A stretch of 37,964 nucleotides of DNA from a virus (lineage: Duplodnaviria; Caudoviricetes): the IMG/VR virus record IMGVR_UViG_3300030372_002441, positions 1 to 37,964 of that record; one strand, 5' to 3'. The notes below the pieces were generated by a model. The model worked only from the letters and a program-made list of their open reading frames with translations, had not been told where the DNA came from and made no database searches. Below, piece by piece: positions 34,501 to 37,964 of the stretch; position 1 is the first letter of the stretch, and each line of letters opens with the position of its first letter. The translations under genes and the position numbers were made by a program.

Positions 34501-37500
34501 ATACAGGGGTACAGTTTTTTTCAGCAACACAAACACAACTAAGATTTGGTGATGCTTCAAGTACAGCAGCAGGAGCAATCATTTATACACACAGCGATAA
34601 CATTTTAAGGTTGAGTGCAGCTTCTGCCCACAGGTTTACAATAGGTTCAAGTGAGAAGGTGAGGATAGATAGTTCAGGACGAGTTGGTATCGGAACTACA
34701 AGTCCATCAGCACCATTAGATGTTTCAGCAACAGCTACAACAAGCACAGACATTGCATATTTTAGTAACTCAAATAATGTAAGGAAAGCAAAGTTTCATT
34801 TATCAAGTGGAGGCGATGGGCAACTTTCATTATTTGATGGTGCTAACAATATTGATGTTTTAATAAGTGCGACAGGAGATTCTTATTTTAATTCTGGTGG
34901 CAATTTCTTAGTTTCAAAAACAAGTTCAGGATTAAATACAGCAGGAGTTGAGTTTGCAAGTTCTGGAAGGTCAAGATTTACAAGAGATGGAAATAATGTT
35001 GTAGAGTTTAATAGAAAATCAAGTGATGGCTCTATAATTTCGTTTAATAAAGATGCTACAGCTATTGGCAGTATTGGTGTAGTAGCTTCAAATAATTTAT
35101 TTATTCATGGAGATAATGTAGGTATTGGTATTGGCGATGACAACCTTTACCCTACAAATAGTTCTGGTGCTTCAACAAGTGGTGCATTAGATATAGGAGA
35201 TTCATCTGCTAAATTTAGAAATTTACATTTATCAGGAACTATCAATAGTGGTGCAATAACAGCTTCTGGAAACATATCATCATCTGGTGTTGCAACTCCA
35301 GAGTTTGAATTAGTGCCTACTGGTTCAGTAGGTAACGCTGATATAAAATTTGACGGAACAAGTCTGGATATTAGATCAAACAGTTCTGGTGCATTTCTTA
35401 CGCTACAAACAGCAACAACAGAAAGACTAAAAATAACTAATACAGGTAACTTTGAGTTTAACAATGGAAACCTAAGCGAAATAGGAACTATCTCTAGTGG
35501 CAACATTAATGTCGGTGTATCGGACACTACAAATGGAACAATCACTATTCATGGTGGTGCTAGTGGTAATGCAGAGGGTGGTGAAATTAGATTACAAACT
35601 TCAGCAGATCACGATGGCACTTATGATTTTTATAGACTGGATGTGTTTCAAGATGATTTTAGGATTGGTAGATCAGGAACAACTGATTTAACTATTGCTT
35701 CTAATGGTACTGCTACCTTTAATGGAAGTATAACAAGCACAGGCACATATCCAAGACTATTTTTGAATGACACACAGGGAGTTGCAAGACAATTTAGTGT
35801 TGGTACAAGTAATGAAACATTTGCTATCAGGAACGAAACTGGCTCTGCTGATGTTATAACTGTTAGCAATGCAAATGCAACTACTTTTAATGGTAGCGTA
35901 ACTATGAACAGCACATTAAATTGTGCATCTACTATTGGCATTGCAGGAACAACTGTTATTGATGCTTCTAGAAACCTGACAAATATAGGAACTATCTCTA
36001 GTGGTGCTATTAGTGCAACAAGTCTAAATCTAAATAGTAGAGGTGTCGCTACAATGACACCAAAAATTTTCAGTATTGCAGATACAAGTTCTAATTCTGG
36101 AAGATATATAAAATTTGGAACAATTAGTGGCATTGCACAAAATGGAAGAACTGTAGTAATTAAAGTGCATTCTAACAATGGCTTCAATGCAGCAGATGCA
36201 CAAAATCAAGAAACTATAATTAGATTCAAAACATCTAACAATAATTCAAATCAAAGTGGTTTTTATGGTGATTGTCAAAAGTATGATTTTGGAAACAATG
36301 TTAATGCACCATCTTCAGTTTTAGTTAAACAGGTATCAACTACAGAATTTCAATTTTATGGTCTATTTAGCAGTTTTACAGGTTCTAGTTCTATTTATAT
36401 AGTAGAACATGATTCTGGAACATGGACACATGATGGATCAGATACAGGTGCTTCTGCTCCAACAGGTACAGTTTTGACTGCTACTGAAAGAGTAATATTT
36501 CAATCAGGTACAACTAATCAATCACAATCTCTTTCTGTAGGTAATTTACTAATTAATTCTACTACTGTGATAGATGGTTCAAGAAACATATCAAATATAG
36601 GAACTATCAGTAGTGGTAATATAACTTCAAGTGGCACTTTAACTACACGAGGAGATTCTGCTTCAGCAGGCATAAATATAAGAAGAACAAACTCATCTTC
36701 AGGTGGTGCAAAAGGTTATATTGGATTTAAAGATAGTGATAATAAATTTGTTGCTTCTATTGATTCAAGAGGAACTGGTGTAAATAATTCTGGTGATTTA
36801 AGATTTTTTACAAGCACAGGTCAGTCATATTCAGGAGTTTACAATAATCCGTCAGCAACTCTTATATTAGGTACTGATAATAATGCCACCTTTACAGGCA
36901 ATATAACTTTTGGAGATGGTCATTCTATTGGTGATGATGCTGATGATAATTTACTCATAGCAGGAAGTGCAAACGAAAACATCATTATTGATTCTGCTGA
37001 TGACATTATTCTTGATGCTGATGGTGGAGATATTTTATTTAAAGATGGAGGAAGTTTTATTGGCTTCTTAAGTATGGCTAGTAGCAATCTTAATCTTACA
37101 AATAATGCTTCTGATGGCGATATTATATTTACTGGTAATGATGGTGGCTCAAGCGTTACTGCTCTTACCCTTGATATGTCTAATGCAGGTGCTGCAACTT
37201 TCAATTCAACTATCTCTAGTGGTGCAATCACATCTACAGGCACATCAACTTTTGGAACAGTTACATCTGCATCTTATAAAGTTGGTGCATCTACTGTTAT
37301 TGATAATTCCAGAAACCTTATAAACATAGGAACTATCAATAGTGGTGATATTGAAATATCAGATACCTCACCATTGCTTACATTAAAGAAAAGTGATGAA
37401 ACAGGAAGACAATCAAAAATACAACAAGCTTCAGGTATCACTAAAATATCTTCAAGAAATAATGCTAGTAATGGTCAAATAGCTTTTGAAGGATTTACTG

Positions 37501-37964
37501 CAAGTAGCACAACAGAGTATGCAAGGTTTGATTCTTCAGGAAATATTGGAATTGGTTGTACTCCTACAAATTCTTCTAACTATAAAACTTTAGATATTAG
37601 AGCAACAAATGGTGGTCAAATACTATTAGGTCGTGGTTCACAGTTTGACTTTTTTGCATTTTCATCATCTAGTTCTACCAGTATCGGAACTGCTGTAGGT
37701 CAAGATTTAATTATCAAAACAAATAGTAATGGTGCTAATAATGAAAGAATGCGTATTGATTCTTCAGGGAATGTTGGGGTGGGTTTAACAAATCCAGCAG
37801 CATACGGCAAGTTTATTGTAAAAGATTCTAGCTCATCACTTATAAATTTAGATTGCACAAGTGGAGCAGCAAAATTAACATTTTTTGAAAATGGTACAGG
37901 AAGATTTGGATTACATACATTAAATGGTTCTGATGGTTTAGCTTTTGTTGATGCTGATGGTTCA
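28593..37964 (+). CDS. Giant tail tip / host-specificity protein fused to a modular fibre (at least 3124 aa, 3' truncated; absent from ORF track)
   Basis: TTG overlapping the upstream TGA, with GGAG SD; PRQLIYGRCRVGG, VKGKKVFDPR, STNPAL..LDYL, two Fn3-like domains (about 30450-31030), then fibre repeats. The same frame is open at every point read and at the window end, and the track has no terminated ORF in this frame. Confidence 0.88.
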   Translation, partial: MKHVKNAVKVFVVSFIVIATAGAITKGALLGIEKFTAKALFKAAARMAAMTGLSTLVGGLMSKNAGAVGDNFGSKIAGRDAQAPRQLIYGRCRVGGTVTHLETAGTDNHKLRMIIVLAGHEIESLESIQINDETITSVAGSGANSGFRVVTNSKYTNTDNENDFGSGRLMRFVFKDGSQTTADSTITSNSSLAANDKFIDCAYLFVEMVFDSEAFGGGIPPFSFIVKGKKVFDPRDSNQTFGNPATHTFSTNPALHVLDYLKDTTYGLKATESELNLTGSTGNEFLGSFRQAANTCDTLNAVTTAVNNGAVNNSTTVNLTNQTNNLLIQVGHKVTGTGITGTVKVVSKVLTGSGGSIHKIVLDTPITINNTTTLSFGESSYTSNGFSNFSADGSALLEGILSSMAGKITYVNGKFCIFAGASGTADMTITDDNLLEPIQVITKPNTGECYNTVKAIFPDANADFVATDTPVLTATNPSTSATYLSEDTPSGESQANYRKELELQLPFTETSTMAQRIARTQLLHSRQDTTISMLCNINFLQLQPFDYVKVTNERLGFTNKNFEVISMALEIVETDGVPIAATRLDLKEIDNAVWTFAQSDYISPSPDVDLSNVSSGSFSVPAPTSPAVTLDKVNTGYDLKVTWSSAVDDNVQGTEILYGTSSGTYDSSILAGKGSNKEIINNVKPDTTYFICLRHFSSNNVFSDKTSEISIATGGADTPATISDLSRVQDKPFHIGLSWTNPNASDLREIRIHRATSSFTTGQATNSNLVRTIAAAPNVVQQASFGVEDGLDAGTTYYFRVVPVSYFNKVGTASNEVNGSFAKVAGTDIQTDTRIVAGTHPNVGVLDGSHNSLRIYAGNLNTPTSAPFQVTQTGLLTAENATISGTVKTGQEINVGAGTRTVNISGSTGSQTILTAGSATLTDAPFRVLSDGTVELSKVNIFTTDGGQVFDSVTGFTGLGVTNIAQGLGTSTSDYTRILTSTDVQKITLTNSDTSTSQDHTIVVKARFNGVLKGYTSSGALSGAVAEIPNKIQMKLMQSTENSQSSGTQTELQALGTSFTSGASRVTSITNANTQFLIQTFTESDNFFTTNEAFTVSGQGLINSSGLFEISSGNLTLTVPAGSSSKDFFFYIVIDGAVDSSNATAQAVLARPRTINITGESFFVDSTTGAGSDSSVGDITGVVAGTNLNGGGTSGSVTLNLDSTITGNHTFSNNLIVGGDLTVQGTTTTIDTTNLDVKDKNITLNFSTGDSSANANGAGITIQDAVSQGNDATILWDATNDEFDFSHKINVTGTVTADGLDVGDGDILNVGTIALDKIKGDADDNTNITFAGSDTITFNQGGQQRLAVNTSGINVTGTISSGAITATASSTIGGSDNISMTGGSLGQLRIAGAGYTGAIALDANAMHIYHNSSGRNLVFGTNETARLTINAGGTMTFHSNNLQSIGTINSGAITSTGDITLGDSHQIGDDASDNLVINSSSGESIVVASNSHIFFNTGATSLTSQGTTRMIVNASGNVGIGTSSPNQKLNVSGGRSYFGANGEAFAIGLGFNGTRTASNQTYFLGATDSATPDLQISNADGGEKVRITHAGNVGIGTASPAVALDVNGNVRIGATGRFQTSTNVFKSMNTAEDGALIRAAVSSASNPTFSNVDDTNTGMFFAASDILGFTTGGTERLRIASDGKATFNSSFTLPATVPSSGSIGGKALRIPVDADISGSAPYELEWFNPNLQTSITTTGTIQGRQFLIIEEAQSASSTVQFDLGKKISTNPQVTDHDAVINMIGDNTHSTGGLIIKRNAGANNGSSITSKGTGDLTLDVGGDIILDADGGDFIFKDGGVEQARLKSGNLGIGAASPDGNLEVVASTTVSGASDSVNNVLIGLQTTNRPTIILDTADTTYTNRTWNITNVGSAGSLVIGRNGLDILNLKNDGKVGIGTTSPDNALHVQTAALSGRDPSNGNTLLTLEHSTDTGVQFFSATQTQLRFGDASSTAAGAIIYTHSDNILRLSAASAHRFTIGSSEKVRIDSSGRVGIGTTSPSAPLDVSATATTSTDIAYFSNSNNVRKAKFHLSSGGDGQLSLFDGANNIDVLISATGDSYFNSGGNFLVSKTSSGLNTAGVEFASSGRSRFTRDGNNVVEFNRKSSDGSIISFNKDATAIGSIGVVASNNLFIHGDNVGIGIGDDNLYPTNSSGASTSGALDIGDSSAKFRNLHLSGTINSGAITASGNISSSGVATPEFELVPTGSVGNADIKFDGTSLDIRSNSSGAFLTLQTATTERLKITNTGNFEFNNGNLSEIGTISSGNINVGVSDTTNGTITIHGGASGNAEGGEIRLQTSADHDGTYDFYRLDVFQDDFRIGRSGTTDLTIASNGTATFNGSITSTGTYPRLFLNDTQGVARQFSVGTSNETFAIRNETGSADVITVSNANATTFNGSVTMNSTLNCASTIGIAGTTVIDASRNLTNIGTISSGAISATSLNLNSRGVATMTPKIFSIADTSSNSGRYIKFGTISGIAQNGRTVVIKVHSNNGFNAADAQNQETIIRFKTSNNNSNQSGFYGDCQKYDFGNNVNAPSSVLVKQVSTTEFQFYGLFSSFTGSSSIYIVEHDSGTWTHDGSDTGASAPTGTVLTATERVIFQSGTTNQSQSLSVGNLLINSTTVIDGSRNISNIGTISSGNITSSGTLTTRGDSASAGINIRRTNSSSGGAKGYIGFKDSDNKFVASIDSRGTGVNNSGDLRFFTSTGQSYSGVYNNPSATLILGTDNNATFTGNITFGDGHSIGDDADDNLLIAGSANENIIIDSADDIILDADGGDILFKDGGSFIGFLSMASSNLNLTNNASDGDIIFTGNDGGSSVTALTLDMSNAGAATFNSTISSGAITSTGTSTFGTVTSASYKVGASTVIDNSRNLINIGTINSGDIEISDTSPLLTLKKSDETGRQSKIQQASGITKISSRNNASNGQIAFEGFTASSTTEYARFDSSGNIGIGCTPTNSSNYKTLDIRATNGGQILLGRGSQFDFFAFSSSSSTSIGTAVGQDLIIKTNSNGANNERMRIDSSGNVGVGLTNPAAYGKFIVKDSSSSLINLDCTSGAAKLTFFENGTGRFGLHTLNGSDGLAFVDADGS
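32661..37348 (+). repeat. Eight dispersed in-frame repeats GGAACTATC(TCT/AAT/AGT)AGTGG, encoding GTISSG
   Basis: Copies at 32661, 32928, 35235, 35484, 35988, 36600, 37209 (lacks the GGA), 37329. Confidence 0.85.
33138..37796 (+). repeat. Seven GNVGIGT.SP-type fibre repeats
   Basis: Copies at 33138, 33363, 34131, 34383, 34677, 37539, 37767. Confidence 0.85.

Larger units (their letters stand above)
1..37964. mobile_element. Tailed dsDNA bacteriophage (siphovirus-like, HK97-type head) genome segment, incomplete at both ends
   Basis: Canonical order terminase-portal-MuF-protease-capsid-neck-tail tube-TMP-tail tip, plus lysis, recombination and replication modules; no housekeeping genes. Confidence 0.97.

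Noticed and set aside
31196-37323. Track ORFs inside the fibre gene (31196, 33356, 35147, 35497, 35648, 36920, 37105)
   Set aside because: Antisense or off-frame shadows of the giant + strand ORF, with no SD or recognisable motifs
32661-37964. Diversity-generating retroelement or shufflon in the fibre repeats
   Set aside because: No reverse transcriptase or invertase in the window; repeats are direct and in-frame, and their differences are not adenine-specific
1-37964. Stop-codon reassignment, tRNA genes, introns or inteins, integrase/att
   Set aside because: Genes read full length in the standard code; TerL and MCP are normal size; no cloverleaf or recombinase motifs were seen. The genome is incomplete, so lifestyle cannot be decided

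Overview
The whole window is an AT-rich segment of a long-tailed (siphovirus-type, HK97-fold) dsDNA phage genome, cut at both ends; no host, tRNA, rRNA, CRISPR or integrase genes are visible. From left to right: (1) the 3' part of a membrane-anchored CHASE2-type class III adenylate cyclase overlapping a lysis cassette (i-/o-spanin, holin-like peptide, thermonuclease, GH24 endolysin), which implies a diderm host; (2) a leftward early region of small genes, an SprT-like protease and a recombination module (PD-(D/E)xK exonuclease, strand-annealing protein, SSB-like protein); (3) a divergent control region with a Cro-like HTH gene; (4) leftward replication initiator and PAPS-reductase-like genes; (5) a rightward morphogenesis region: TerS, TerL, an extended portal, MuF with a C-terminal HExxH domain and a convergent candidate immunity gene, protease, capsid, neck, tail tube, tail chaperones with a lambda-type GGGAAAG -1 frameshift, tape measure, Dit, hub, and a tail-tip/fibre ORF of at least 3124 codons that runs off the end. 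The main unexplained structure is regulatory: six copies of AACCC-N5-GGGTT, each overlapping the -35 box of a sigma70-like promoter, plus a TGTT-N8-AACA palindrome about 61 bp upstream of the predicted cro-like start. With the cyclase, this suggests (by inference only) a phage-encoded cAMP signalling circuit. The supplied ORF track has the wrong strand for 9699..10541 and omits the giant tail ORF and several small genes. All product calls come from motif recognition by eye; no database searches were run.
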